A program made the position numbers and the translations under genes. A DNA stretch of 64,000 nucleotides from an uncultured Solirubrobacterales bacterium (lineage in GTDB: Bacteria; Actinomycetota; Thermoleophilia; Solirubrobacterales; 70-9): assembly GCA_963740845.1 (NCBI GenBank), contig CAVUFM010000018.1:345056-409055 (forward strand), in the 5' to 3' direction. A model generated the notes under the pieces. The model had not been told where the DNA came from and made no database searches. It saw nothing but the letters and a program-made list of their open reading frames with translations. Numbering within the stretch: position 1 is the stretch's first letter; every line of letters starts with the position of its first letter. Positions 20,946 to 31,274 of the stretch are shown here, one piece after another.

Positions 20946-22004
20946 GCGTTGACACGCGGCGCATCCGGCACCTCGGCGTCCGGCCGGCGCCTGCGAACGA
21001 CGAGCGCGACGCCCGCCGAGGGCGAGCGCCAGTGCCCCCGCACCCAGGGCGATCGCCGCCGCGTCCCCGCCTCCCCCATCGCCTTCCTCGCCGGCCGCCG
21101 CTCCAGTGGAGTCGTCTGAGCCATCGTCGTCGCCCTCGGCCTCGGCCTCTGCCGCCCCGACCGCGATCGTTCCCAGGACGCCGTCCCTGGGATCGGTGAC
21201 CTCGACGGCGCTCCCGTCCGCGCTCATCTGCAGGCGGGCCGCCGCGAGTCGGTTGACCGGGACGAACTCGAGGTCGATGCAGAGGGTGACGCCCGCGACG
21301 GTGTCGATCGCGTGGACGAACGGCTCCCCCGGCTTCCCGCCATAGCGGTAGATGTTGCCGCCGTCGTAGAGGGTGTATGCCCAGCGTCCGTCGGGGCTGC
21401 TCGTCCGCGAAAGCGGGAAGCCGCGCATCTCCTCGCCGGGCTCGTTCTCGGGGAGGATCGGATCGTCCTCGAGCTCGCCCGTCGTCAGGTCGAGTCTCCG
21501 CAGTTGGTAGTCCGTCGGGTCCTTCGGTGCCGGGTACTCGATCATGAAGGCGAATCGGCCATCCGGTGAGATCGCGTCGAAGCTGAAGTCCCCGTCGAGA
21601 TCGATCACACGCCGTGACTTCAAGGTCTCCGGATCGATCACGATCATCCTCGTCTCCTTCTGCGGAAAGCTGCGGCGAGGCTTGATCAGCACCAGCGTGC
21701 CGTCGTCATGGGCCAGCCCCGAGGTGCTGCCGTCGAGGGCCACCCCGGGCACCGCATACGCGCCATCGAGCCAGGTGCTCCTCTCGAGCGCGCCGCCGTC
21801 CGCGTTGATTCGCGCCAACAAGGTCTCCTCGCCCTGCGAAACGGCCAGGAAGCGCTGGGAACCGTCCGCGCTGAGCACTCCCTGCGGAGTCGTGTCGAGG
21901 CCACCCGGCACGGGCAGCCCGTCGGCCGTTGCGCCATCCGTCGCCGCCGCGAGGGCGGCTGCTCCCGCCGCGATCGCGATCGCCAGCCTGATTCGGTTCC
22001 TCAT
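20838..22004 (-). CDS. secreted hypothetical protein with signal peptide and a C-terminal Gly-rich/TM/Arg-rich anchor
   Basis: Starts MRNRIRLAIAIAAGAAALAAA. It ends ...GDGGGGDAAAIALGAGALALALGGRRARRS, which looks like a sorting-signal or anchor. The true stop is uncertain because the frame stays open to 20838. Confidence 0.5.
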   Translation of the reverse strand: MRNRIRLAIAIAAGAAALAAATDGATADGLPVPGGLDTTPQGVLSADGSQRFLAVSQGEETLLARINADGGALERSTWLDGAYAVPGVALDGSTSGLAHDDGTLVLIKPRRSFPQKETRMIVIDPETLKSRRVIDLDGDFSFDAISPDGRFAFMIEYPAPKDPTDYQLRRLDLTTGELEDDPILPENEPGEEMRGFPLSRTSSPDGRWAYTLYDGGNIYRYGGKPGEPFVHAIDTVAGVTLCIDLEFVPVNRLAAARLQMSADGSAVEVTDPRDGVLGTIAVGAAEAEAEGDDDGSDDSTGAAAGEEGDGGGGDAAAIALGAGALALALGGRRARRSQAPAGRRGAGCAACQRLGSRPTRKRGVQGPPIASGPPARRTRVAEIVGYVT

Positions 22005-22136
22005 CGTCGCTCCCCGGTTCGATTGCTCGACCTGGATACGGCGCAGCACCCTCGCGAGGTCCCCGCAACGCAAGATCGCGTTCCTGCTCGCGCTTGCGGG
22101 TGAGGAGTCCGGGGTAACCTCGCGAAGATCCCTTTC

Positions 22137-23064
22137 ATGGCTCGCGCGATCTGGACAGGCTCAATCTCCTTCGGACTCCTCAACGTGCCGGTGCGCCTGT
22201 ACTCGGCCGTCTCCAGCCGCTCGATCAGCTTCCGCGAGCTCCGTGAGAAGGACGGCTCCCGCGTCCGCCACAAGCGCGTTGCCGAGGAGGACGGCGAGGA
22301 GGTCTCCTACGACGAGATCGTCAAGGGCTACGAGATCGCCCCCGACCAGTACGTCGTGATGACGCGCGACGAGATCGGCGCGCTCGATCCGAAGAAGACC
22401 AAGACGATCGAGATCGAGGACTTCGTCGACCTCGACCAGATCGACCCCATCTACTTCAACCAGCCCTATTACATCGGCCCCGCCCAGGGTGCCGAGCGCG
22501 CATACGCGCTCCTCGCTCAGGCGATGGCCGAGCAGCACAAGGTCGCGGTCTCCCGCTTCGTCATGCGCAACAAGGAGAGCCTCGCGGCGATCCGGGCGAG
22601 CAGCGACGGCGAGGTCCTGACCCTCGCGACGATGCGCTTCGCCGACGAGGTCGTGCCGACGTCGGATCTCGAGGACGTCCTCGGCGGCACCGCGGACGTC
22701 GAGCCGAAGAAGCGCGAGATCGACATGGCCAAGGCGTCTGATCGACTCCCTCTCCACCGACTTCGATCCGAGCTCCTACAAGGACGAGTACCGCGAGGAG
22801 CTCATGTCCCTGATCGAGCGCAAGGCCGAGGGCAAGAGCATCGTCTCGACCGACTCCGAGGAGCCGACACCGACGAAGGCACCCGACCTGATGGCCGCAC
22901 TCGAGGAGTCCCTCGCCGCGATCAAGGGCGAGGAGCTGAGCGGCGGCGCGAAGAAGAAGCCACCCGCGTCGAAGTCGAAGTCCTCCTCAGGGTCCTCCTC
23001 CAAGTCGAAGTCCTCCTCGGGCTCGAAGGCGAAGAGCAAGTCGAAGGCCAAGGCCGCGAAGTAG
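22137..23064 (+). CDS. ku: Ku DNA end-binding protein (NHEJ) with Lys/Ser-rich C-terminal tail, 1-nt frameshift near 22735
   Basis: MARAIWTGSISFGLLNVPVRLYSA... Ku core. After EIDMAK the frame switches to LIDSLSTDFDPSSYKDEYREELMSLIERKAEGK...KKKPPASKSKSSSGSSSKSKSSSGSKAKSKSKAKAAK* (ORF 22804..23064). Confidence 0.85.
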
Positions 23065-23954
23065 AGGTCGACGGCCGCCGGCTGTCGCTGACGAACCTCG
23101 ACAAGGTCCTCTACCCCCAGTCGGGGTTCACCAAGGGCCAGGTCATCGACTACTACGCGCGGATCGCGCCGGTGCTCCTGCCGCACCTGCAGGGCCGCCC
23201 GGTGACGCTGATCCGCTATCCCAACGGGGTCGAGGGCAAGTACTTCTACGAGAAGAACTCACCCTCCCATCGCCCCGATTGGGTGCAGACCGCGCCGATC
23301 TTCTCGGGCGAGCGCGCCGGGATCATCGACTACACGCTCGTCGAGGATCTGCCGACGCTGACCTGGCTCGCGCAACTGGCGGCGCTGGAGCTCCACCCGT
23401 CCCTCTCGCTGGCCGCGGCGATCGAACGCCCCACCGTCCTCGCCTTCGACCTCGACCCCGGCCCGCCGGCGACGATCGTCGAGTGCTGCCGCGTCGCCAT
23501 CCTGCTGCGCAAGCTGTTCGCCGGCTTCGGCCTCGAGTGCTTCCCCAAGAGCTCCGGCTCGAAGGGGATGCAGGTCTACGTCCCGCTGAACCGGGAGCTG
23601 ACCTACGAGACGACCAAGCCCTACGCGCGCGCCGTCGCCCAGGCGCTCGAGGCAGCCGAGCCGGATCTGATCCTCTCGCGGATGACGAAGAGCCTGCGCG
23701 CGGGGAAGGTCTTCGTCGACTGGAGCCAGAACACGCAGTCGAAGACGACGGTCGCTCCCTACTCCCTCCGTGCCCGCGAGGCACCGACCGCCTCCACCCC
23801 GCTGACCTGGGAGGAGGTCGAGGACGCGCTGGAGGCCGGGGACCCCGACTGCCTGCGCTTCGAGGGAGGAGAGGTGCTGGAGCGCGTGGAGCGACACGGC
23901 GATCTCTTCGCGCCGGTGCTCGAACTCGAGCAGGATCTGCCGGCCGCACCCTGA
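23065..23954 (+). CDS. stand-alone LigD polymerase/primase (PolDom) domain protein; start codon not identifiable
   Basis: RLSLTNLDKVLYPQSGFTKGQVIDYYARIAPVLLPHLQGRPVTLIRYPNGVEGKYFYEKN... matches the LigD Pol domain. No ATG, GTG or TTG exists in frame between the Ku stop and LSLTN. No ligase or phosphoesterase domain is adjacent. Confidence 0.75.
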
Positions 23955-24005
23955 CTCCACCAGCCGGGTTGCGGATTCACCCGATCGGACTACGATGAAT
24001 TCATC

Positions 24006-25972
24006 TTGGGGAATCAGGCGACACGAAGCGCTCTGCTGGTTGCGCTCCTCGTCGTCCTGATCGCACCCGCCACGGCTTCGGCGGCATGGACCGGACCGGT
24101 CGAGGTCTCAGCGGCGGGAGTGGGTGCTTCCACGCCGCAGGTAGGGGTCGACTCGCTTTCCAACGCGACCGTCGTCTGGACGAGCGGCGGCTCTCCCAGT
24201 CGCCAGATCCGCTCGGCCTTCCGCCCCGCGGGCGGGCCCTGGGAGACGTCCTTCACGCGGATCCCCGCCGCCCAGGACTGCTTCGACCCCGAGCTCGAGG
24301 TCAACGCGGCCGGCGCCGCCGTCGTCCTCGCCGACTGCGGCGCCGGATCGGCCCAGATGTATGCCGCCTACCGCCCCGCGGGCGGCAGCTGGTCGGGAGC
24401 CGTTGCGGTCCCCGGCTCCGGCTCCGGGGTCAGACCGCGCATCGACATGGACGACGCCGGCAACGTCATCGCCGTCTGGGAGAGCGCGAGCAACATCCAG
24501 TCCGCTTACCGGCCGGCCGCCGGGCCTTGGGCCGCCGCCGGTCAGGTCAGCCCCGCCGGGAACGTCGCGGTGGATCCCGACGTGGCGGTGAGCCCGACAA
24601 CGGGCCGGGCGGTCGCGGTCTGGCTGCATCGCCTCGAGCGGTTCGCGGGCGACCCCGTCGTGACGGTCGAGAGCGCCGACCGCGTGAGCGGCACCTGGGC
24701 CGCGACGCCGACCAACCTGTCTCGGCCCGCGTCCACGTCGACGCGCCCGGTCAGCGTCGCTGCCCCGAGGATCGACATCAACGCGCTGGGCTTCCGGGTG
24801 GCGGTCTGGACAGAGGACCCGGACAACACGATCGGGGACATGGGTCCGATCAGGATCACAAGCGGCTACGGAGACGGAGACGGACATGGGCCGGCTACCT
24901 CAACACCGGGTCGGTGACCGACGGCGTCCGCAACGCCGAGGCGCCGGACATGGCGCTCGACGACCAGGGCCAGACGGTGGCCACATGGCGTGGGTACGAC
25001 AGCGGCACCGGAACGTTCCGGACCCAGGCGGGGCGGATGCCGAGCCTTGGACCGCTCTGGTTCGGGCCCTCCACCCTTGCGAACACCGAGATCGGTGGGT
25101 CCGGCACACCGCACGTGGCGATCGACCCCGACGGCAACGCGACGATCATCTGGCACAACCTCGACTCGACGGTCGTCGCGGTCTCGAGACCAGCGGATGG
25201 AGGATTCGAACCCGGCGTGAGACCCTCTCCGACGACGGCTTCGGAGTTCCCCGGCTGACGATGAGCGACACCGGCGACACGATCGCGACCTGGACTTCGC
25301 AGGCGACCTCACCGGTGCGGACCGTCGTCGACGTCGACGACGTCAACCCGCCGGTCCTGGCGGCGATCGGCGTTCCCTCCACCGCGCGCCCCGGCACCAC
25401 CGTGAACGTCTCGGCCGCGGCGAGCGACGTCTGGTCGGCACCGGTGACGCTCACCTGGGACTTCGGCGACGGGACCACGGCCACAGGCACCTCCGCGAGC
25501 CACATTTACGGGACGGCGGGCGCCAGGACCATCACCCTGACCGCCGTCGACGCAGTGGGCAACACCGCCGTCGAGACCCGCTCGATCGAGGTCTCGGCAC
25601 CGGCGGCGGCAGCGGAGCACTCACACCTCGGCGTGACCGTCCCCAAGCAGTCCTGGAAGAAGATCCGAAAGGCGCGCGGGCTGAAGGTCCGCTGCACGCT
25701 CGACGCGGCCGGCGCCTGCGCGTGAAGGCGACCGTCGCGACGAAGGTCGCCCGCCGGCTGGGCCTGAAGGGCGCGGCGCCCGTGTCGGCACCGGCACGGG
25801 CGCAGTCGAGGCGGCGAACGGCACCGCCACCTTCAAGGTGAAGCTCACCCGCAAGGCGCGGGCCGCGATCGGTCACTCCGGCAGGAGCGTGCCGCTGAAG
25901 CTCGGGGTCACCGGGACCGCCCCCGGTCGCGAATCGGCGACGCTGACGAAGAAGTTGAAGATCAAGCGCTGA
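24006..25972 (+). CDS. large secreted repeat protein (about 8 W-containing beta-strand repeats, then a PKD domain and a C-terminal tail), at least four frameshifts
   Basis: Signal peptide MGNQATRSALLVALLVVLIAPATASA. Repeats VVWTSGG...SAFRPAGGPW / AAYRPAGGSW / SAYRPAAGPW / VAVWLH / VAVWTED / VATWRGYDSG / IIWHNLD / IATWTSQ. PKD-like WDFGDGTTATGTSASHIYGTAGARTITLTAVDAVGNTAVETRSIEV. The tail continues in other frames to a stop near 25972. Confidence 0.55.
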
Positions 25973-25974
25973 GG

Positions 25975-28423
25975 CTAAGCCTGCTTCGACCCGTGGGGCG
26001 CCGGCACCGAGAACGGCGCGGGTCGGCCCAGGTGATACCCCTGCAGCAGGTCGACTCCGAGGCCGAGGAGACGCTCGGCGGTCGCCGCATCCTCAACGCC
26101 CTCCGCAACCGTCTGCATCTCGAAGGTCTGGGCGGTCATGACGATCGATCGGACCACCCGCTCATCCGACTCATCGCCACCGACCAAGCCCCTGATGAAC
26201 GACATGTCGATCTTGATCTGGGTCACCGGCAGGTGCTTGAGATAGGTGAAGGACCCATAGCCCGTGCCGAAGTCGTCGAGGGCGACGCCACAACCAAGCT
26301 CGGTCAGCTGTCTCACGAGGACCTGCGCCGCCGCGACGTTCTCGGCCGCGGCCGTCTCGGTGATCTCGAAGATGACGTCGCCGGGGTCCGCGCCGGCGGC
26401 ATCCAGCGCCTGGCGGACCTGGTCGATCAGCAGCGGATTCCCCAGGCTCTTCGCTGACAGGTTGATCGCGACCGGCATCGCGCGCCCGACTGCGATGCCC
26501 CGCTCGATCGCCCAGGCGTCGATCTCGGTGATCTGATCGGTGCGCTCCGCGTGCGGCAGGAAGTCATTCGGAGTGATCGTCTCTCCATCCAGCTCCATCC
26601 GGATCAGGAGCTCGTGGTGGTGGACTGCGCCGGTGCCGGCGTCCACGACGGGCTGCGCCCAGAAGACGAGCCGGTCGTGTGCCAGCGCCTCCGCGGTGCG
26701 ACGCCGCCAGAGCTTGCCCTCGCTGTCGCGCCTCAGCTTCTCCTCGCGCCGCCGGCGGTCCGTCATGTCGTGCGCGCTCACCGATCCGCCGATCACCTCC
26801 CCAGCCAGGTTGCGGATCGGGAACGACCGCAGCGAGACGTCGAGCAGCTCCCCTGACTTGGTCACCCGTTGCGTCTCGAAGGCGAGCGGGATGCCCTTCG
26901 AGAGCGCGTCCCTGATCATCTCCGCCTCGCCGACCCGTGTCGGGCGGGATCATCAGCTCCGTCACCCGGGACCCGATCACCTCCTCGGCGGTGAAGCCGT
27001 AGAGCTTCTCGGCGCCTTCGTTCCAGGCGGTGATGACGCCGTCGAGGTCCTTGGAGAGGATCGCGTCCTCGGAGGAGCGGACGATCGCCGCCAAGCGCTC
27101 GTTCTCCTCCTCACGACGGCGGCGCTCAGTGATGTCGCGCATGAACGCCGTGTACATCGGCGGTTCGGCCTGGACCCTGGTGATCGCCAGCTCGACCGGG
27201 AACGTGCCCCCGCGGGCGTGGCAGGCCATGACCTCGACGCGCCGCCCGAGCATCGGCCCGTCAGCTCCGCCTGCGAGCCAAACCAGTCCCTCCCGATGCG
27301 ACTGACGCAGCGCGGGCGGGATGATCAGATCCGCGACCTCACGACCGATCGCCTCATCGGGCGTGTAGCCGAACGTCCGGGTCGAGGCTTCGTTCCAATC
27401 GCGAACGAAGCCACGTTGGTCGATCGTGACGATGCAGTCGAGTGCGGCCTTCGCCGACGCCCCCTGCAGCGCCCTCGCGGCCGATGCGTTGACGAGCGTC
27501 CGTTCGCGATCGCGGAAGAGGAGGATCACCTGCGCGATCCCTGCCACCAGAGTGGCCAGGGCGAGGCCGAACGTCACCGAGCCCAGCGGATCGAAGTGAT
27601 CGTAGGAGAGGACGGCGATCGCGGCCAGCACCGCCGTGATCGAGATCGCACCCGCCAGTCCCTCACGGCGGACCCCCTCTCGTTCCGCCTCCATCGGCAG
27701 CCAGCTCGCAAGCCCGATCGCCACCGAAGCGGCAGGCCACGCCACGTCGAGCAGGGTGCCGCTCTCGTACGTTCCCTGAGCCACCTGCACCCCGTAGATC
27801 AGATCCCCGGTCGCCATGAGCACGAGGCCGGAGAGGAGCAGTGCGAAGGCGCGGTCGACCTGCCAGTCGCGAGCTGCGATGGCGATCAGCGCGGAGGCGA
27901 TGAGCATGAAGTCCAGGAGCGGATAGGCCGCGGTCGTCGCCGTTGCGGCAACACCCCCGCCCGAGCTGCTCAGCACGTCCTCGAACACGAGCAGGGACCA
28001 GATCGTCGCCATGCCGAGGATCGAGACGACCAGCGCAAGTGAGATCGGGCCGGAGATGCGCGCCTTCCCCCCCAACCCCCTGAGACCGACGAGCAGCGCG
28101 ATGTAGAGCAGCAGGTAGAGACCATCGGCGAGCGATGGGTAGGACGTCGGGCCGAGCAGCGCGAAGTAGACGTCCCCGAGCGTCCAGGCGAGCATCCCTC
28201 CAGCGATGAGGGCCCAGGCCAACCGGTGCGAGGGCACCAACACGGCCCGGGCGGCGACCATGGCGGCGGATCCGCCCATCAGCGTGTAGTAGGAGACCTC
28301 CCGAAGGATCCCGACGGCGGGCGCAGACGATCCCGACAGGCTCGTGACCACGAGCACGCTGAGGACAAGCCCCGCTGCGGCCGTGGTCCTCCCTACCGGC
28401 CATGAGCCCCCACTGCGGTTCAT
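25975..28423 (-). CDS. membrane sensor with PAS domains and a C-terminal EAL (c-di-GMP phosphodiesterase) domain, frameshifted near 26930
   Basis: ORF 26564..28423: N-terminal multi-TM region then PAS (...DWNEASTRTFGYTPDEAIGREVADLIIP... ; ...VITAWNEGAEKLYGFTAEEVIGSRVTELMIP). ORF 25975..26919: PAS tail plus EAL (HHHELLIRMEL...EITE...DDFGTGYGSFTYLKHLPVTQIKIDMSFI). No GGDEF domain was seen. Confidence 0.8.
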
Positions 28424-28480
28424 GCTCGGACTATCGGCGCCCCCCGTTTCGACCTTTACCCGCCGAATGTCCGATGGCGG

Positions 28481-28876
28481 TCAGGCAGATGGCAGTCGTC
28501 CGGCGGCCTCCTCCGCCTCGGCCCAGCTCACGTAGGCCCTTCCCTCGGTGATCAGGCCGTCGTGGACGGCGAAGTTCCAGCCCACCCGGGTCGTGAACTG
28601 CGAGCCCCGGGTGTCGAAGACGGTCCCGAGCGCCACGACCCACCCGTCCGCGGCCCGAAGCGAGTCGATCTTGACCCGCAGCAGCTCCAGCCCGGGACCG
28701 AACTGATCGAACCAGGTACCGACCTCCTCCTTGCCGTGAAGGCTGCTCGCCCCGCTCCAGACCGTTGGGTACCAGACGACGTCGGGGTGCAGGACATCCA
28801 AGGCCGCCTGGCGATCCTTCGCCGCTATGGCGTCGAAGAGCTTCCAGACGACGTCATCGTGCCCCTGCACCGCTCG
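28481..28876 (-). CDS. NTF2-like/SnoaL-like small protein
   Basis: The tail of ORF 28481..30451 (VQGHDDVVWKLFDAIAAKDRQAALDVLHPDVVWYPTVWSG...GWVVALGTVFDTRGSQFTTRVGWNFAVHDGLITEGRAYV) is a separate about 130-aa protein; probable GTG start near 28876. Confidence 0.5.
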   Translation of the reverse strand, partial: RAVQGHDDVVWKLFDAIAAKDRQAALDVLHPDVVWYPTVWSGASSLHGKEEVGTWFDQFGPGLELLRVKIDSLRAADGWVVALGTVFDTRGSQFTTRVGWNFAVHDGLITEGRAYVSWAEAEEAAGRLPSA

Positions 28877-28912
28877 ACCGTACCGAACCTGCGCCGGTCC
28901 GAACGACCGCCT

Positions 28913-30451
28913 CAGGCCAGCGGCAGCTGGACCCGCGCCGGCCGCTCGGTGGCCGACAGCTCGCGGATCGCACCGCCGAGCCGGCGGACTCCCTCGCGGA
29001 TCTGGTCCGGCTCGAGGTAGCTGAACGAGAGCCGCATCATCGTCGCGTCGGGGCGGCCCGGCCACGGTGGCGCCGCCGGGGACGAAGTTGACGCCGCGCT
29101 GCGTGGCCTCGCCGTAGAGCAGGCGCTCGTCGAGGTCGTCGAGGACGCGCATCCAGACGTGCCCGCCGCCGAGCGGGTGGTGGACGAGCTCGGCGACGCC
29201 GTCGAGGTGCTCGTCGATCGCCTCGAACATCGCGTCCCTGCGGACGCGATGGAGCTCGATCGAGCGGTCGACCTGCTCCCGCCAGAGGCCCCGGGAGAGG
29301 AACTCGGCGGCGATCAGCTGCGGGAGCGTCGCCGATGCCATGTCGTCGGTGCGCTTCTCCTGCGCGATCCGGTCGAGGACGGGGCCCGACGCGACGACCC
29401 ATCCGGCCCGGAGCCCGGGAGACAGCACCTTCGAGAGCGAATGGACGTAGATCGTGTGGTCGGGAGCCAGCGGGCGCATCGAGCCGTGGTCGGTCCCCTC
29501 GAGGCGCAGCGGCGAGTAGATCGCGTCCTCGATGATGAAGAAGCCGTGGCGGACCGCGAGCTCGGCGACGCGCTCGCGCCGCTCGGGCGAGAGGTCGCGG
29601 CCCGTGGGGTTGTGCATCCGCGGCTGCAGGGCGAGGGCGCGGATCTCGCGGCGGGAGAGCAGCTGCTCGAGCGCGTCGACGTCGAGGCCGTCGTCGTCGA
29701 CCGGGATCCCGACGACGTCCGCGCCGGAGCTCGAGATCGCGCGGAACACGCCGGCGAAGCTCGGGGTCTCGCAGGCGATCAGGTCGCCGGGGCGCGTGGT
29801 GGCGCGCGCGACGATCGTCAGCCCCTGCCGGGCACCCGTGGTGACGATGACGCGATCGGGGCCGTCGTCCATCCCGTCGTCGCGGCAGAGCTTCGCCAGC
29901 TCCTCGCGCAGGGCCCCGACGCCGTCGGCGGGCGCGTACTGCCAGGCGGCGCTGCCGTGCTGGCTGAGGACATCGTCGGTGATGCCCTGAAGGAGCTCGG
30001 CGGGGAAGGCCTCCTCCGTCGGGTAGCCGGTCATCAGCGGGATCAGGTCATCGGTCGCCTCGGCTGAGGCGAAGAGGTCGACGAGGATCGAGTCGACGTA
30101 GGCGCCCTGCGCTCGCGGCAGCGCGAAGTTCTGCCAGGACGCGGCGCCGCGGGGGCGACTCGGGGAGCTGCCTCGGACCGGCGCCGCCGCATCGCCCCCG
30201 GCGCCGCGAACGAACGTCCCGGCGCCGACGCGGGCGGTCACGCACCCGAGCTCGGCCAGCCGCCGGTAGGCGCGGGCGGCGGTCAGGTGGTTGACCCCCG
30301 CGAGCGAGGCCAGCTCGCGGGTCGGCGGAAGCTTGTCGCCGGGGTGCAGCTCCCCGGCGGAGATCGCGTCCCTGAAGACGGTCGCGATCTGATCGGTCAG
30401 GGACCGGTCGCCATCGCGTTCCAAGTCGGACAATTGATCTTTGTACGACAT
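28913..30451 (-). CDS. MocR/GabR-family regulator (GntR HTH plus class I aminotransferase-like domain), frameshifted near 29075
   Basis: N-terminal GntR HTH (SLTDQIATVFRDAISAGELHPGDKLPPTRELASLAGVNHLTAARAYRRL); AAT-like body (...SLSKVLSPGLRAGWVVASGPVLDRI...). The real C-terminus (...MMRLSFSYLEPDQIREGVRRLGGAIRELSATERPARVQLPLA*) is in a second frame by hand translation. Confidence 0.8.
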
Positions 30452-30494
30452 TGACCTCTCCTGTATGACCGCTTAGGTTGCCTTTTGTACGACA
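30438..30494. promoter_or_regulatory. candidate MocR operator: direct repeat TTTGTACGACA x2 (period 44 bp) followed by TTGACC boxes, in the divergent region
   Basis: 30438..30450 tctttgtacgaca (also the first codons of the MocR ORF) and 30482..30494 cttttgtacgaca; ttgacc at 30451 and 30505. Confidence 0.3.
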
Positions 30495-30540
30495 GATCGG
30501 GCGCTTGACCCGGCCGCAACTGTCCCACAGAGAGGGCGCT

Positions 30541-30900
30541 ATGTCAAACAATCACCCTCAAACGCACCAGCACAATGGGATCGACGGCCCGGTCACGATC
30601 CGCCGCGCGGGCTCGGATGAGGACGCGACGCTCGCACGCCTCGCCCAACTGGATTCAGCGCCCGCGCTCACCGGGCCGTGCCTGATCGCGGAGCGCGACC
30701 TCCGGCCGCTCGCGGCCATCGAGATCGGCTCGGGTCGCGTGATCGCCGATCCGTTCGAGCGGACCGCGGACGTCGTCGAGCTCCTCGAGGCGCGCGCCCG
30801 GGTGCTGCGGCACGAGGGCGGCGGCCGGCCGCGCCGGTTCTCCCTCGCCCGCATGCTCAGCGCGCCCGCCCCGGGCGCCGCGCGCGGGCCTACCGCTTGA
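30541..30900 (+). CDS. hypothetical small protein (about 119 aa), divergent from the MocR regulator
   Basis: MSNNHPQTHQHNGIDGPVTIRRAGSDEDATLARLAQLDSAPALTGPCLIAERDLRPLAAIEIGSGRVIADPFERTADVVELLEARARVLR...; no family recognised. Confidence 0.4.
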   Translation: MSNNHPQTHQHNGIDGPVTIRRAGSDEDATLARLAQLDSAPALTGPCLIAERDLRPLAAIEIGSGRVIADPFERTADVVELLEARARVLRHEGGGRPRRFSLARMLSAPAPGAARGPTA

Positions 30901-31219
30901 GGGCGGACTCCCGGTAGGAGCGGAGGAAGCGCTCGGCGATCTCGCGCTTCGCGCCGGTCAGCGGCAGCTCCTGGAGCGCCTGGTCGAATGCCGTGTCGTC
31001 CTTGGCGACCTCGTGCAGCGCCCCCCGGAGCTCCGGGTCCTCGTTCAGCGCCTCGAGCCCCTCGCGCACGGCCTTCGAGTTGCCGCCCTCGAGCTCGTCG
31101 AAGTGGCCCTTGACCTTGTCGAGCGCCGGGAAGTCGCCCTGCTTGTACGCGGTGACCTGCTCGCGGCCCTCGTCGAGTCCCTGGGCCGGGTCGGCGGAGG
31201 GCTTGTAGCCCTCGCCCAT
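30890..31219 (-). CDS. hypothetical small acidic protein (about 109 aa) downstream of the flotillin gene
   Basis: MGEGYKPSADPAQGLDEGREQVTAYKQGDFPALDKVKGHFDELEGGNSKAVREGLEALNEDPELRGALHEVAKDDTAFDQALQELPLTGAKREIAERFLRSYRESALKR (internal M of ORF 30890..31351). Confidence 0.4.
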   Translation of the reverse strand: MGEGYKPSADPAQGLDEGREQVTAYKQGDFPALDKVKGHFDELEGGNSKAVREGLEALNEDPELRGALHEVAKDDTAFDQALQELPLTGAKREIAERFLRSYRESALKR

Positions 31220-31274
31220 GATCTTGCTGAGCTCGGGGGCCGCGGCACCGCTCGAGCGCGCCCGCTTCGGAGCA

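Noticed and set aside
22040-22136. Dyad symmetry (gcaagatcgcg ... ctcgcgcttgc, repeated cctcgcga) upstream of ku as a specific operator
   Set aside because: The symmetry is imperfect and could arise by chance in GC-rich DNA; there is no known regulator to link it to.
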